Source of the DNA: Minisyncoccota bacterium
GTDB taxonomy: Bacteria > Patescibacteriota > Minisyncoccia > Phycocordibacterales > Phycocordibacteraceae
DNA length: 64,000 nucleotides
Direction: 5' to 3'
Assembly: GCA_017991635.1 (NCBI GenBank)
Contig: JAGOQE010000001.1
Span: 131,965 to 195,964, forward strand
The notes under the pieces were generated by a model that was not told the DNA's origin, ran no database searches, and was given only the letters and a program-made list of their open reading frames with translations. This document shows positions 27,579 to 36,941 of this stretch, one piece after another (positions within the stretch are counted from its first letter, which is position 1; each line of letters opens with the position of its first letter). The translations under genes and the position numbers were made by a program.

Positions 27579-29949
27579 ACATCAAAAGCGAATAGTGCTT
27601 CTTGATGCTCATGCCATCATCCATCGCGCATATCACGCCCTCCCTGACTTCACTGGTCCAGAGGGACAGCCCACCGGAGCTTTGTACGGGCTCACCTCAA
27701 TGTTGATGCGCATCATTACTGACCTTAAGCCAGACTATATTGCTGCGTGCTATGACCTTCCTAAACCGACCGTGCGTCATGAGGCTTATGAAAACTATAA
27801 AGGGACTCGCAGCAAAACTGACGACGCCTTGAAGACACAGCTACAGTCGTCTCGTGATGTCTTTGAAGCGTTTTCAATTCCTATTTACGAACGTGAGGGA
27901 TTTGAAGCGGACGACTTGCTTGGCACCATTGTTGAGATGACGAAAGATATGCCTGAGCTAGAAGTGGTGATTGCTTCAGGCGATATGGACACCCTTCAAC
28001 TTGTTGAAGGGGAGCGAGTTAAGGTATACACCCTCAAGAAGGGAATTAATGACACTATTTTATATAGTGAAAAGGACGTTAAAGAGCGTTTTGGTTTTGA
28101 TCCGGAGCTCATTCCTGATTTTAAGGGGCTTCGCGGAGACCCGTCAGACAATATCATCGGTGTTCCTGGCATCGGTGAGAAAACTGCAACTGAACTCATC
28201 GTTAATTTTGGTTCGTTGGAGAAGCTATTCAAAACGCTCCACAAGGACGAAAACCTACTTCTTGAAAAGGGAATAAAACCTCGCATCGTTAATCTCCTTA
28301 AGGAACACGAAGAAGACGCGCTGTTTTCAAAGATGATTGCGACAATTCGACTCGATGCGCCAATAGCATTTCGAGTGCCTGAAACAACGTACCTTGAACA
28401 CGTACGTGCTGACACGGTTGTTGCCTTGTGCGACACGCTCGGATTCCGTTCTCTTCGTCCGCGCGTAAGACAGGTTCTTGGTGGAGTGGAAGTTGATGAA
28501 GAGCAGCTCGATGCTGAACCTGATGTTGTAGAAGATATTAGTAAGGAACGTATGTCTGAAGCGCAAGCCATGCTGTGGTTGCTCTCTTCTGAGTTCACTA
28601 ATCCAAAACTTGAGGACATCATGGCCTACACAAAAGCAAAAACGTTTAGTGAGGCGCACGACACTCTTTACAAGAGCATTACTTCTACCGGATCACTTAA
28701 ACGGGTCTACGAAGAAATCGAAGCACCGTTGATTCCTGTCGTACTAAAGATGGAACAACATGGCGTGCTCGTTGACACTAAGACACTCGAAGGACTCAAG
28801 GAGAAGTATCGAGCAGAATTGGAAGGGGTTGAGAAGACTATCTACAGGGCGGCAGGGCACGAGTTCAATATCAGCTCACCCAAACAGCTCGGCACCGTTC
28901 TGTTTGAAGAACTCGGCCTTATGGCCAAGGGTCAAAAAAAGACAGCGGGAGGACAACTTTCCACTCGAGAAAGCGAGCTTGAAAAGATACGCGACTTACA
29001 CCCAGTGATAGAAGCTATTTTGGAGTACCGACAGATTCAGAAACTTCTTTCTACCTATATCGAAAGCATGCCACCACTACTGGATGAGCACTCAAGGCTT
29101 CATGCAGATTTTCTTGCAACAGGAACGACTACGGGAAGAATGGCCAGCCAAAACCCAAACCTGCAGAATATTCCGATACGTACTGAGCGGGGTAGAGCCA
29201 TTCGTCATGCCTTTGTGGCCCCCAAAGGGTACACGCTCCTCGGTCTTGATTACTCGCAGGTTGAACTTCGCATCGCTGCCATTTTGTCTGGAGACGAAAA
29301 ACTCAAGGAAATATTTATGAGTGGCCGAGATGTACACCAGGAAGTTGCCGCAGCGGTGTTTAATGTGCCGTCGGATGCTGTTGATAGGGAGATGAGAAGG
29401 CGGGCAAAAATAATAAACTTCGGCATCTTGTACGGTATGGGAGTTAATGCTCTTAAGACACAGCTTGGAACAACGACAGCAGAAGCTCACGCTTTCTACG
29501 ATGACTACTTTAGAACGTTTAATACACTCGCTGAGTATCTGGAAACTACTAAGGGGTTTGCACGGAAGCACGGTTACACCGAAACACTGTACGGGCGTCA
29601 GCGTCAATTTCCGGAAATGAAATCAAGTTTGCCCTATGTGAGGGCTCAGGCAGAACGCATGGCAATAAACGCGCCAATTCAAGGCACTCAAGCGGACATT
29701 ATCAAAAAGGCCATGGTTGCTATTGATGCGTACCTTGAGGAGAAGAATCTTGCTGAAGAAGTACATCTTATTCTTCAGGTTCATGACGAACTAGTGTTTG
29801 AGGTGAACGATCGAATTCTCGCTGTAGTTGCTCACGAAATACAGCGCTGTATGGAAACTGTCCTTACAGAAGAAGAGTCAAACGGAGTACCTATCCGTGC
29901 TGAAGCAAAGATAGGTAAAGACTGGGGAAGTATGGAGTCATACGTATGA
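27565..29949 (+). CDS. polA: DNA polymerase I (5'-3' exonuclease + family A polymerase; reduced/absent 3'-5' exo domain)
   Basis: N-terminal 5' nuclease (RIVLLDAHAIIHRAYHA..., GIGEKTA). Pol motif A LLGLDYSQVELRIAA, motif B RRRAKIINFGILYGMG, motif C LQVHDELVFE. 794 aa. Confidence 0.9.
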   Translation: MKQNKHQKRIVLLDAHAIIHRAYHALPDFTGPEGQPTGALYGLTSMLMRIITDLKPDYIAACYDLPKPTVRHEAYENYKGTRSKTDDALKTQLQSSRDVFEAFSIPIYEREGFEADDLLGTIVEMTKDMPELEVVIASGDMDTLQLVEGERVKVYTLKKGINDTILYSEKDVKERFGFDPELIPDFKGLRGDPSDNIIGVPGIGEKTATELIVNFGSLEKLFKTLHKDENLLLEKGIKPRIVNLLKEHEEDALFSKMIATIRLDAPIAFRVPETTYLEHVRADTVVALCDTLGFRSLRPRVRQVLGGVEVDEEQLDAEPDVVEDISKERMSEAQAMLWLLSSEFTNPKLEDIMAYTKAKTFSEAHDTLYKSITSTGSLKRVYEEIEAPLIPVVLKMEQHGVLVDTKTLEGLKEKYRAELEGVEKTIYRAAGHEFNISSPKQLGTVLFEELGLMAKGQKKTAGGQLSTRESELEKIRDLHPVIEAILEYRQIQKLLSTYIESMPPLLDEHSRLHADFLATGTTTGRMASQNPNLQNIPIRTERGRAIRHAFVAPKGYTLLGLDYSQVELRIAAILSGDEKLKEIFMSGRDVHQEVAAAVFNVPSDAVDREMRRRAKIINFGILYGMGVNALKTQLGTTTAEAHAFYDDYFRTFNTLAEYLETTKGFARKHGYTETLYGRQRQFPEMKSSLPYVRAQAERMAINAPIQGTQADIIKKAMVAIDAYLEEKNLAEEVHLILQVHDELVFEVNDRILAVVAHEIQRCMETVLTEEESNGVPIRAEAKIGKDWGSMESYV

Positions 29950-30602
29950 TGTACCTTTTTACAGGAACTGATAGTGACAAGGTGCGTAAGCAAGCATTTG
30001 CACTCGTTGATGCTTCACGAAAGAAAGCGCCTATGGCGCCGTATATTCGTTTGGCTCCAGAAGAGGTGTCACCAGAGTCGCTTGAAGGAGCACTGCACAC
30101 ACAAGGATTATTTTATGACCGTTCACTCGTTGTCCTCGATGACCCATTTCAAATTACAGAATCATCAGATGTTCTACTTGAGCACTTGGACTTACTCCAG
30201 AAATCAGAAAATCCAGTATTTATTATTGCGCCAAAGTTACTTCCCGCACGAAGAAAGAAAATTGAATCAAAGGCCACCAAGGTGTTTGTATACGACGTAA
30301 AGGAAAAGGCCGAAGCGCGAGGATTTAATAGTGGGCTTGTTAATGCGCTAGGTGCAAAGGACGGAAAAGCATTGTGGTTGGAACTTATGAAGGCCTCGAG
30401 TGCCGGAGACCCTGCTGAGCTCGTGCACGGACTTCTTCATTGGAAGGCGCGAGATCTTATGGAGAAGGGGAGTCGGGTATGGAGTGCCCGAGATGCGCGC
30501 GCACTTTCAATCTCACTCATACTTCTTGTAAGTGAAGCGGGGAGAAGCGAACTGCCGCTTCAGGATGCGCTTGAGCGTTTTGCGCTCTCACTTACAAAAT
30601 AG
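29946..30602 (+). CDS. Possible DNA polymerase III delta subunit (HolA)-like protein
   Basis: Translationally coupled to polA (ATGA overlap). Weak resemblance to HolA N-terminal domain. Low confidence. Confidence 0.3.
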   Translation: MMYLFTGTDSDKVRKQAFALVDASRKKAPMAPYIRLAPEEVSPESLEGALHTQGLFYDRSLVVLDDPFQITESSDVLLEHLDLLQKSENPVFIIAPKLLPARRKKIESKATKVFVYDVKEKAEARGFNSGLVNALGAKDGKALWLELMKASSAGDPAELVHGLLHWKARDLMEKGSRVWSARDARALSISLILLVSEAGRSELPLQDALERFALSLTK

Positions 30603-30675
30603 TCCGCCCACTTGGATTCGAACCAAGGACCGTCTCCTTAAAAGGGAGCTGCTCTACCGACTGAGCTATGGGCGG
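30603..30675 (-). tRNA. tRNA-Lys (anticodon TTT)
   Basis: Hand-folded cloverleaf: acceptor CCGCCCA/TGGGCGG, D-arm GCTCAGTCGGTAGAGC, anticodon loop CTTTTAA, T-arm CTTGGTTCGAATCCAAG. Confidence 0.8.
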
Positions 30676-30719
30676 TGTGTCGCACGTGTTCCTAAACTAC
30701 CACTTGAGACGAGGTTTTT

Positions 30720-31736
30720 CTAGTAGGTGTAGACATCTACTGTTTTGCCCTCAGCATCAAGAAGTTTAAGTGTGTCATTTTCTCCTTCCCACAAGTCCTG
30801 TGGTTCGTTCTTATTTTTCTCATAATGTCCGAGGTAGATTCTCCAGGTCTTACCCCAGAAATTCCTATCGTTTGCATGTGTTGCTACACAGCCATTGTAG
30901 TTTAGGTAGGTGTCCACAAAGGCGTAACACGCGCTCGGGAGGTTGCTTGGAGTGTCAGGAATTTCACAACGAGAAATGTTCTCAACAAGGTCCTTGCAGG
31001 TAAATTCACTCTTCTCATTTCCTTTATAAAAGCGCTCATAATCATCAAGTGCGCGTGGGCAAGAAGAACTTAGACTCGGTACAAAATTCTGATATGACGC
31101 CAGATATCCAGAACACGCATTTTCTCTAAAGGAGACGCCAACAGGGGAGCGACCCGAAGCTATGATTGCCCGCTCACCAGGTTGTAGAGTTATGGGTGCC
31201 GTTTCGTTTACACGCCCTGATTTCATAATTGCCGTGCCTTCAGGAATATAACCGTATGCATTTGTGCGCACGCTCACAATGCGCCACCCAGAAATAGTCA
31301 CCGGTTCAGATCCTGAAGAGAGTGCAATAGTTACATACTCAGTGTCTACCGTGTCACCCCGTAGTCCTGAGGTTCCGTGCTGGATAGTCACTTTCCCAGA
31401 ATAGGGAGAAGGGTCTCCATATAGTTTAGTTTGGCGTGCGTCTCGCTGTAGTTTTGCAAGCGTGCTCCCTAGACTCCAGAGTTCTCTACTGGTGCTCTGC
31501 GAAGATTGGTAGGACTTCTCTGTCGTACCGTTGTCGTTGTATGAAGGAGCGCCGACATCAAGTACACTTCCAAAATTTATAAAGGAACCATAACCCTCTT
31601 GCTCGTCGCCCACAGTCTTCACTGGAGTGATAAACGGTCCAGCCCAGGAAATGGGTCGCTCAGGTCCCCCCGTCGCAGTCCATGCGATAAAAATGAAAAC
31701 AAAAACTGCGATTACAAAAAAGACATCTGCGCGCAT
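30720..31736 (-). CDS. Secreted protein with probable lamin-tail-like (LTD) beta domain and Cys-containing C-terminal domain
   Basis: N-terminal TM/signal (VFFVIAVFVFIFIAWTA). Segment EYVTIALSSGSEPVTISGWRIVS resembles the LTD motif (EyVel.N.s...vdLsGW.l). Confidence 0.35.
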   Translation of the reverse strand: MRADVFFVIAVFVFIFIAWTATGGPERPISWAGPFITPVKTVGDEQEGYGSFINFGSVLDVGAPSYNDNGTTEKSYQSSQSTSRELWSLGSTLAKLQRDARQTKLYGDPSPYSGKVTIQHGTSGLRGDTVDTEYVTIALSSGSEPVTISGWRIVSVRTNAYGYIPEGTAIMKSGRVNETAPITLQPGERAIIASGRSPVGVSFRENACSGYLASYQNFVPSLSSSCPRALDDYERFYKGNEKSEFTCKDLVENISRCEIPDTPSNLPSACYAFVDTYLNYNGCVATHANDRNFWGKTWRIYLGHYEKNKNEPQDLWEGENDTLKLLDAEGKTVDVYTY

Positions 31737-31755
31737 ACAGACATTCTACCAGTCT

Positions 31756-33003
31756 CTATTGCATTTCTTTGAGTAATTCCCGCACCACTTCTGAATCGCT
31801 CCACACCTCTTTCTCGCCATTCGCTCTCATGATGTAGGGGTCAGTCCCTTTTCCGGTGATAAGCACCGTGTCTCCAGGGTGTGCGCGAAGGAGCGCTTCT
31901 TTAATAGCTTCTTTTCTTTCCATGATTATTGTCGGTGTTCTTTTCATGTCAGTGGTCATGCTCTCCACGATACTCAAAGGATCTTCGTCGTACGGATCTT
32001 CGTCCGTGAGGATAACGTCACTACAATATTCGTCAGCAAGTGCACCCATTAATGGACGCTTCCACGTATCTCGTCCGCCACCGGTGTTTCCAAGCACACA
32101 AATCTTTCGACCAGGGTACGCTTCATAGAGTGCCTTGAGTGAGTCGGGCGTGTGTGCGTAGTCAACGATTGCAGTAAACGGCTGTTGTTCATCTATTTTT
32201 TCGGCTCTTCCTGGAATACGTGCGAGGGAGGCAAGAGCGTCGCGAGATGTTTCAAGTGGAATGCCAAGGAACCGCGCAGTCTTAATTACTGCAAGCGCAT
32301 TCATGATAGAAAAATTACCAGGGTGGGGAAGAGTAAAGCGAATATGCTCAAACGTAAACATAGACGTGCCGTCTTGAAAGACAATGTCTGAAGCGTCTTC
32401 AATAGAGAACGCAATACGCTCCTCAACAGGAAGGGCGAGGTAGGGTGCGCTTAGTGGATTGTCTCTATTTGCAATAATTGCGCGCGGCCGTTTGTTTGAG
32501 TGTGCGAGAACCTTTCCGATTTTAAATTTTGCGCGAATATACGCCTCCATCGAACCGTGTGATTCGATGTGTTCCTTTTCTTGATTGGTAAAAATTAGTG
32601 CGTTTAGAGCGAGGAATCGATGGCGGTGCTGTACCGCACCTTCCGAAGTAAGTTCAAGGACTGCGTACTTCGCACCTTTTGAAACCGCTTCCTTTAGAAA
32701 TTCATGGAGAAAGCCATGGCCGGGCATAGTCATCTTAAATTTATTCGGCTTCACCTCGTCATTAATAGCAAAGCGAATAGTTCCGGAGACGGCTGCACTT
32801 TTTTCTGCAACACGAAGTACGTGAAAGAGCATTTCGGAAACAGAAGATTTACCTTTGGTGCCGGTCACACCGATGACGGTAAGTTTTCTTCCAGGGAAAC
32901 CAGACAAAAATGCAACAACAAAATTGAAAGCAAGATGGTATGGAGACAGCAACTTCACATAGAGTGGCCGAGGGAGAAGTGTTGTGAGTACGTGTTTCAA
33001 CAT
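31756..33003 (-). CDS. Mur ligase family protein (MurE/MurF/MurT-like)
   Basis: P-loop VIGVTGTKGKSSVSEM, Mur ligase central and C-terminal domain layout. 415 aa is short for canonical MurE. Confidence 0.6.
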   Translation of the reverse strand: MLKHVLTTLLPRPLYVKLLSPYHLAFNFVVAFLSGFPGRKLTVIGVTGTKGKSSVSEMLFHVLRVAEKSAAVSGTIRFAINDEVKPNKFKMTMPGHGFLHEFLKEAVSKGAKYAVLELTSEGAVQHRHRFLALNALIFTNQEKEHIESHGSMEAYIRAKFKIGKVLAHSNKRPRAIIANRDNPLSAPYLALPVEERIAFSIEDASDIVFQDGTSMFTFEHIRFTLPHPGNFSIMNALAVIKTARFLGIPLETSRDALASLARIPGRAEKIDEQQPFTAIVDYAHTPDSLKALYEAYPGRKICVLGNTGGGRDTWKRPLMGALADEYCSDVILTDEDPYDEDPLSIVESMTTDMKRTPTIIMERKEAIKEALLRAHPGDTVLITGKGTDPYIMRANGEKEVWSDSEVVRELLKEMQ

Positions 33004-33008
33004 AGTGA

Positions 33009-33557
33009 TTATTTTGCACCAAGAGCAGCTTTAAGTCGGGCGTCGCGGCCCTCAATACTTAGCGGAATGTTCGCAAGTGCTTTGCGTGCCTCACGTTCAG
33101 TGTAGCCAAGGGCAACTAATGTATCGAACACTTCAGCATCGTCACCCTTTGGAGAGTCAGTGCTCGGTGTAACTTTCTCAGAAAGCTCAACAAGTATTTT
33201 CTCCGCAGACTTCTTTCCAAGACCGACAACGCGAGTGAGGTAGGAAAGATCGCGAATAGATATAGCCCGTTCAAGACTCTCTCTGCTTGCTTTTTGGAGT
33301 AGGGAGAGGGCAGTCTTAGGTCCAATGCCTGGAACGAGAAGGATTAACTCAAAAAAAGCGCGGTCTTCCTTGCTCTCAAAACCATAGAGATCGAATCCGT
33401 CTTGTTTAACAACGAGGTAGGTAAAAATAGTGACTTTCTGACCAAGCACGAAAGTGGCAGGAGTGCTCATGCGCACCAGGGCACCCCAACCAGAGACATC
33501 AACAAGTACACCACCTGCTTCCTCGCCAAGAAATACTCCCGAAATCTGCCGAATCAT
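33009..33557 (-). CDS. ruvA: Holliday junction DNA helicase RuvA
   Basis: MIRQISGVFL... OB fold, two HhH motifs (LLVPGIGPKTALSLL; VGLGKKSAEKIL), C-terminal domain III. Confidence 0.85.
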   Translation of the reverse strand: MIRQISGVFLGEEAGGVLVDVSGWGALVRMSTPATFVLGQKVTIFTYLVVKQDGFDLYGFESKEDRAFFELILLVPGIGPKTALSLLQKASRESLERAISIRDLSYLTRVVGLGKKSAEKILVELSEKVTPSTDSPKGDDAEVFDTLVALGYTEREARKALANIPLSIEGRDARLKAALGAK

Positions 33558-33645
33558 GGCTTCATAGTAGCATTGTGGTGACGAAGTAGGCTGAAAATCC
33601 TTGGCCTACTTGTGTTTTATCCTATTAAAAGGTAGGATTTCGCAC

Positions 33646-33912
33646 ATGGCCATTACGAAGTCTGCAAAAAAGGCGCACCGAGCTTCTCTCAAGAAACACG
33701 TATTTAACGTGCGTAGGAAGCGTGCCCTTACAAAAACCACGAAAGAGGTGAATAAGCTCGTCCTTGAAAAGGATCTCAAGGGGGCAGAAACCTCACTTTC
33801 AGCTGCATACAAGGCAATTGATAAGGCGGCAAAGAAGGGTGTTATTAAGAAAAACACAGCTTCCCGCAAGAAATCACGCCTAGCAGCATCAATCGCTCGA
33901 GCAGCAAAATAG
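33646..33912 (+). CDS. rpsT: 30S ribosomal protein S20
   Basis: MAITKSAKKAHRASLKKHVFNVRRKRALTKT... Lys/Ala-rich 88 aa. ORF-track start 33601 is an upstream extension. Confidence 0.85.
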   Translation: MAITKSAKKAHRASLKKHVFNVRRKRALTKTTKEVNKLVLEKDLKGAETSLSAAYKAIDKAAKKGVIKKNTASRKKSRLAASIARAAK

Positions 33913-33915
33913 CAA

Positions 33916-33945
33916 AAACCGCCTGAGAGGGCGGTTTTTTGTTTG
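33916..33945 (+). terminator. Intrinsic terminator after rpsT
   Basis: AAAAACCGCCTGAGAGGGCGGTTTTTTGTTTG: GC stem + T-run. Confidence 0.75.
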
Positions 33946-33946
33946 A

Positions 33947-34144
33947 CGCGTTTCGGGTAGGAACCGTGATTACACGTTCGGTCACGGTTCACTAGTTCGC
34001 TTCGCTCTCAAGTGTCCGCGACCCCGCCTCACTGTCCTCGAGGACTCAGACATGTTCCGGCTTTCGATTCCTAACGAGAAGCGCGAAGGCGCTTCTCTCC
34101 GAGAGCACCATATGAAAAAACGCCCGTGTGGGCGTTTTTTCATA
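33947..34144 (-). repeat. tRNA-linked structured repeat, copy A (minus orientation, downstream of tRNA-Arg-GCG); includes 70 nt perfect palindrome 34088-34157
   Basis: Reverse complement of 34006-34061 equals core GGAATCGAAAGCCGGAACATGTCTGAGTCCTCGAGGACAGTGAGGCGGGGTCGCG shared with copies at 38493 and 43987. Preceded by CTTC-loop hairpin. The palindrome CCGAGAGCACCATATGAAAAAACGCCC/GGGCGTTTTTTCATATGGTGCTCTCGG embeds an inverted copy of the tRNA 3' end. Confidence 0.7.
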
Positions 34145-34219
34145 TGGTGCTCTCGGTAGGAATCGAACCTACATTACCAGCTCCGCAAGCTAGCGTCCTA
34201 TCCATTGAACGACGAGAGC
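34145..34219 (-). tRNA. tRNA-Arg (anticodon GCG), CCA encoded
   Basis: Hand fold: acceptor GCTCTCG/CGAGAGC, D-arm GTTCAATGGATAGGAC, anticodon loop TTGCGGA, T-arm GTAGGTTCGATTCCTAC, 3' ACCA. Confidence 0.7.
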
Positions 34220-34265
34220 AATAAAAATGACTCTACCGTTTAAGAGGCACTTTCGCAAGAGAAGA

Positions 34266-34757
34266 CTAAATCTTCATTAAGGCAACAATTCTATCAATCA
34301 CTGAATTCTCGTGTTCTCCTTCAGGTACGTGTTCAAGCACATACTCATAGAGCTCCATGGGGTCATGCTCAGTGAGAGGAATGAGGAGGTGTGGCGCAAG
34401 AAAATATCGAGTCTTGATTGAGAGGGCAGGGGGAAGGGTCGGGTCAATGTATTCAAGAATGGAGAAGTGGAGCATCTTTTCGTAGTCGTAGTATGTGTTG
34501 TCTACATAGAGTCCTTCGGGTCGAAGCACAAATCGATGCACGCGAGGATGCTTGGCCGCGTAGAGTGCTATAGAAATTGCCGCTGCAATAATTACAAAGC
34601 CAAGAAGAATATTTCCAAACAACACGCAGGCAACAACGCCAGCGATGGAAAGAATACCAAGAGCCCAGTACCAGTCGGCACCTTTTTGTTCAAAAGAATA
34701 TTCCTTCCCGTGCCACACATAATCGGCACTTTGTTCCATATGTGCACATGATAGCAC
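34266..34757 (-). CDS. Hypothetical membrane protein
   Basis: Two adjacent hydrophobic helices (WYWALGILSIAGVVACVLFGNILLGFVIIAAAISIALYAA), otherwise no recognisable motif. Confidence 0.4.
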   Translation of the reverse strand: MLSCAHMEQSADYVWHGKEYSFEQKGADWYWALGILSIAGVVACVLFGNILLGFVIIAAAISIALYAAKHPRVHRFVLRPEGLYVDNTYYDYEKMLHFSILEYIDPTLPPALSIKTRYFLAPHLLIPLTEHDPMELYEYVLEHVPEGEHENSVIDRIVALMKI

Positions 34758-34848
34758 TGTGTATAGTGAAAAAAGTATTCATGCACAAATAATAAAACCC
34801 GCGGTGCGGGTTTTAACTTAACATCGTTTCCGTTTTCCCCGGTACACT

Positions 34849-34939
34849 GCGGAGGAGGTGAGATTCGAACTCACGGTCCCGTTTCCGAGACTCCTGTTTT
34901 CAAGACAGGTGCAATCGACCACTCTGCCACTCCTCCGCA
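34849..34939 (-). tRNA. tRNA-Ser (anticodon TGA), long variable arm
   Basis: Hand fold: acceptor GCGGAGG/CCTCCGC, anticodon stem-loop CCTGTCTTGAAAACAGG, long variable arm, T-arm GTGAGTTCGAATCTCAC. Confidence 0.7.
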
Positions 34940-35081
34940 CTATACCCGGGATTAGTTCAACATCGTCGCGGTGCTCCGTGTTTCACTTAACAATACAAGC
35001 GCAACCACAACTCTGCCACTCCTCCGTATCATAGAGTGATACACGAAAAACGGAATTTACACAATCTGGTACCATGGGGGT

Positions 35082-35492
35082 ATGCGGTATCTCGCCATAG
35101 ATTTTGGAACGAAAAAGCTCGGACTCGCCCTTTCTGACGAGGCAGGTGTTATGGGTTTCCCTCATAGTATTATCCCCAACACTGGTCATCTGGTGGAAGA
35201 GCTCTCAGCACTTATTGCGAAGGAAGGGGTAGAAGAAGTGGTAATTGGCGAATCAAAAATGCTCTCAGGAGCAGAGAATCCAATAGCACAAAAGGCTAGG
35301 GATTTAGCAAAGGAACTTACACAGTTTTCCGGAGTCCCTGTTTCTTTTGAGCCAGAGATGTTTACGACACAGGAGGCTCGCCGTGATATGGAAGGTCTCC
35401 GAACTATTAAGGGTGATGTGGATGCAAGCGCAGCCGCCCTCATCCTCACCAGTTTTCTTGATAAGAAAAATTCAGCAAAACACCATGATTGA
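35082..35492 (+). CDS. ruvX: Putative pre-16S rRNA nuclease / Holliday junction resolvase-like YqgF (RuvX)
   Basis: MRYLAIDFGTKKLGLALSD... RNase H-fold YqgF signature, 136 aa. Confidence 0.8.
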   Translation: MRYLAIDFGTKKLGLALSDEAGVMGFPHSIIPNTGHLVEELSALIAKEGVEEVVIGESKMLSGAENPIAQKARDLAKELTQFSGVPVSFEPEMFTTQEARRDMEGLRTIKGDVDASAAALILTSFLDKKNSAKHHD

Positions 35493-35811
35493 TATAGAAG
35501 ATTTCGCAAAAGTAGAAGTGAGTATCGGTACGGTAGTTCTTGCCGAACGAGTTCCAGAGACGGATAAACTTCTTCGGTTACTTATTGATGTTGGGGAAGA
35601 AGAGCCGCGACAGATTGTCTCGGGTATTGCCGCGTATGTAGAGAACCCAGAACAGCTAGTCGGGAAACAGCTTGCCTTCGTGACTAATTTAAAACCACGA
35701 CGCCTTAAAGGACTTGAGAGTAACGGCATGCTTTTTGCAGTTGGAGAAGGAGATACATTTGCTTTTGTGACTCCAGATAGGCCTGTGCCACCCGGAACAA
35801 AAGCGCACTAG
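35485..35811 (+). CDS. tRNA-binding domain protein (CsaA/Trbp111/MetG C-terminal-like OB fold)
   Basis: MIDIEDFAKVEVSIGTVVLAERVPETDKLLRLLIDVGEE-PRQIVSGIAAYV...KQLAFVTNLKPRRLKGLESNGMLFA is a typical tRNA_bind domain. True start is the internal ATG at 35485 of the 35347 ORF. Confidence 0.7.
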   Translation: MIDIEDFAKVEVSIGTVVLAERVPETDKLLRLLIDVGEEEPRQIVSGIAAYVENPEQLVGKQLAFVTNLKPRRLKGLESNGMLFAVGEGDTFAFVTPDRPVPPGTKAH

Positions 35812-35855
35812 GAAAACATTCCGTAATGGAATTGTGAGCACGGTATACTACGTGT

Positions 35856-36941
35856 ATGCGCAAAGGTTCCTTTTCTCAATTTTTACGAGCAGAGCTTCCG
35901 CCTCCTCGATACCTTGCTCTTCCGACTGCTGGTATCGATATCTCCTCAAGCGGTATTAAAATCGCCATGCTTACCGAAAGTGTGCAAGGATTGAAGCTTA
36001 CTGAATTTACTGAAGAGCGTCTCCCACAGGGAATTGTTAACGGTGGTGAAATAGCTGACAAGGAGATGGTCGTTGAGCGTTTGCAGGCACTTAAGAAGAA
36101 GCATCGATTTGAGTGTGCAAACATCGCTCTCTCAGAATCGAGAGGCTACCTCTTTGACGCTACGGTGTCTGGAACATCCATGGATCAGCTTCGTGTGAGC
36201 ACGGAACAGCACATTGATGAGTACATACCTTTGCCCCCGCAAGAAGTTATGTTTGACGTAGCTCCGCTCTCTACTCTTGGTGAAGCCACACATGTGGTTG
36301 GTGTGGGGTACGCGCGTAGAGTAGTGGAAGAGACCATTGAGCTTATCGATGCTGCAGGAATCACCGTACGTGCTCTTGAAGGGGAAACGTTTGCTCTTGC
36401 GCGCGCCCTCCTTCCTCATGGAGACACAAGTACTGTTCTCATCATTGATATAGGACGTACCACCACAAAGCTAATGGTGGTGAGTCATCGTATGCCTCGC
36501 TTCACCACGACGCTTGATATTGGTGGCCACGCACTCACCCTTGCTGTGCAAAAACACTTTGGTGTTACCGAAGAGGAAGCAAAAAAAGTAAAAGCAGAGA
36601 AGGGTCTTGTTGGGGGAGAGGGCAATGAAGAATACATTGCTGCACTTATCTCAACTATCTCAGCAGTGCGCGAGGAAATTGCACACCGACTAGAGTACTG
36701 GCAGTCACACGCTAAGGACGAGGGACATGAGCCCGTCTCTCAGGCAATTCTTGTGGGCGGTAATGCAACCATACGTGGTCTTCCTGAATATCTTGAAGCA
36801 ACACTAAAGATCCCTGTTGGTCTTGGAGATGTCTTTACTAATCTCGCCTCAAGAGACGAGTGGCTTCCACCGCTTGATTACATGGAGTCACTTGCCTACG
36901 GTACCGCCATTGGGCTAGCACTTCGTGAATACGTACCATGA
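35856..36941 (+). CDS. pilM: Type IV pilus assembly protein PilM (actin-like ATPase fold)
   Basis: N-terminus ...GIDISSSGIKIAMLT. Actin/HSP70-like subdomain pattern. Followed by pilN/pilO-like genes with overlapping stop/starts. Confidence 0.75.
   Translation: MRKGSFSQFLRAELPPPRYLALPTAGIDISSSGIKIAMLTESVQGLKLTEFTEERLPQGIVNGGEIADKEMVVERLQALKKKHRFECANIALSESRGYLFDATVSGTSMDQLRVSTEQHIDEYIPLPPQEVMFDVAPLSTLGEATHVVGVGYARRVVEETIELIDAAGITVRALEGETFALARALLPHGDTSTVLIIDIGRTTTKLMVVSHRMPRFTTTLDIGGHALTLAVQKHFGVTEEEAKKVKAEKGLVGGEGNEEYIAALISTISAVREEIAHRLEYWQSHAKDEGHEPVSQAILVGGNATIRGLPEYLEATLKIPVGLGDVFTNLASRDEWLPPLDYMESLAYGTAIGLALREYVP

Noticed and set aside
30532-30723. 63 aa plus-strand ORF overlapping tRNA-Lys.
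   Set aside because: Entirely antisense to a well-folded tRNA gene. Arg-rich junk.
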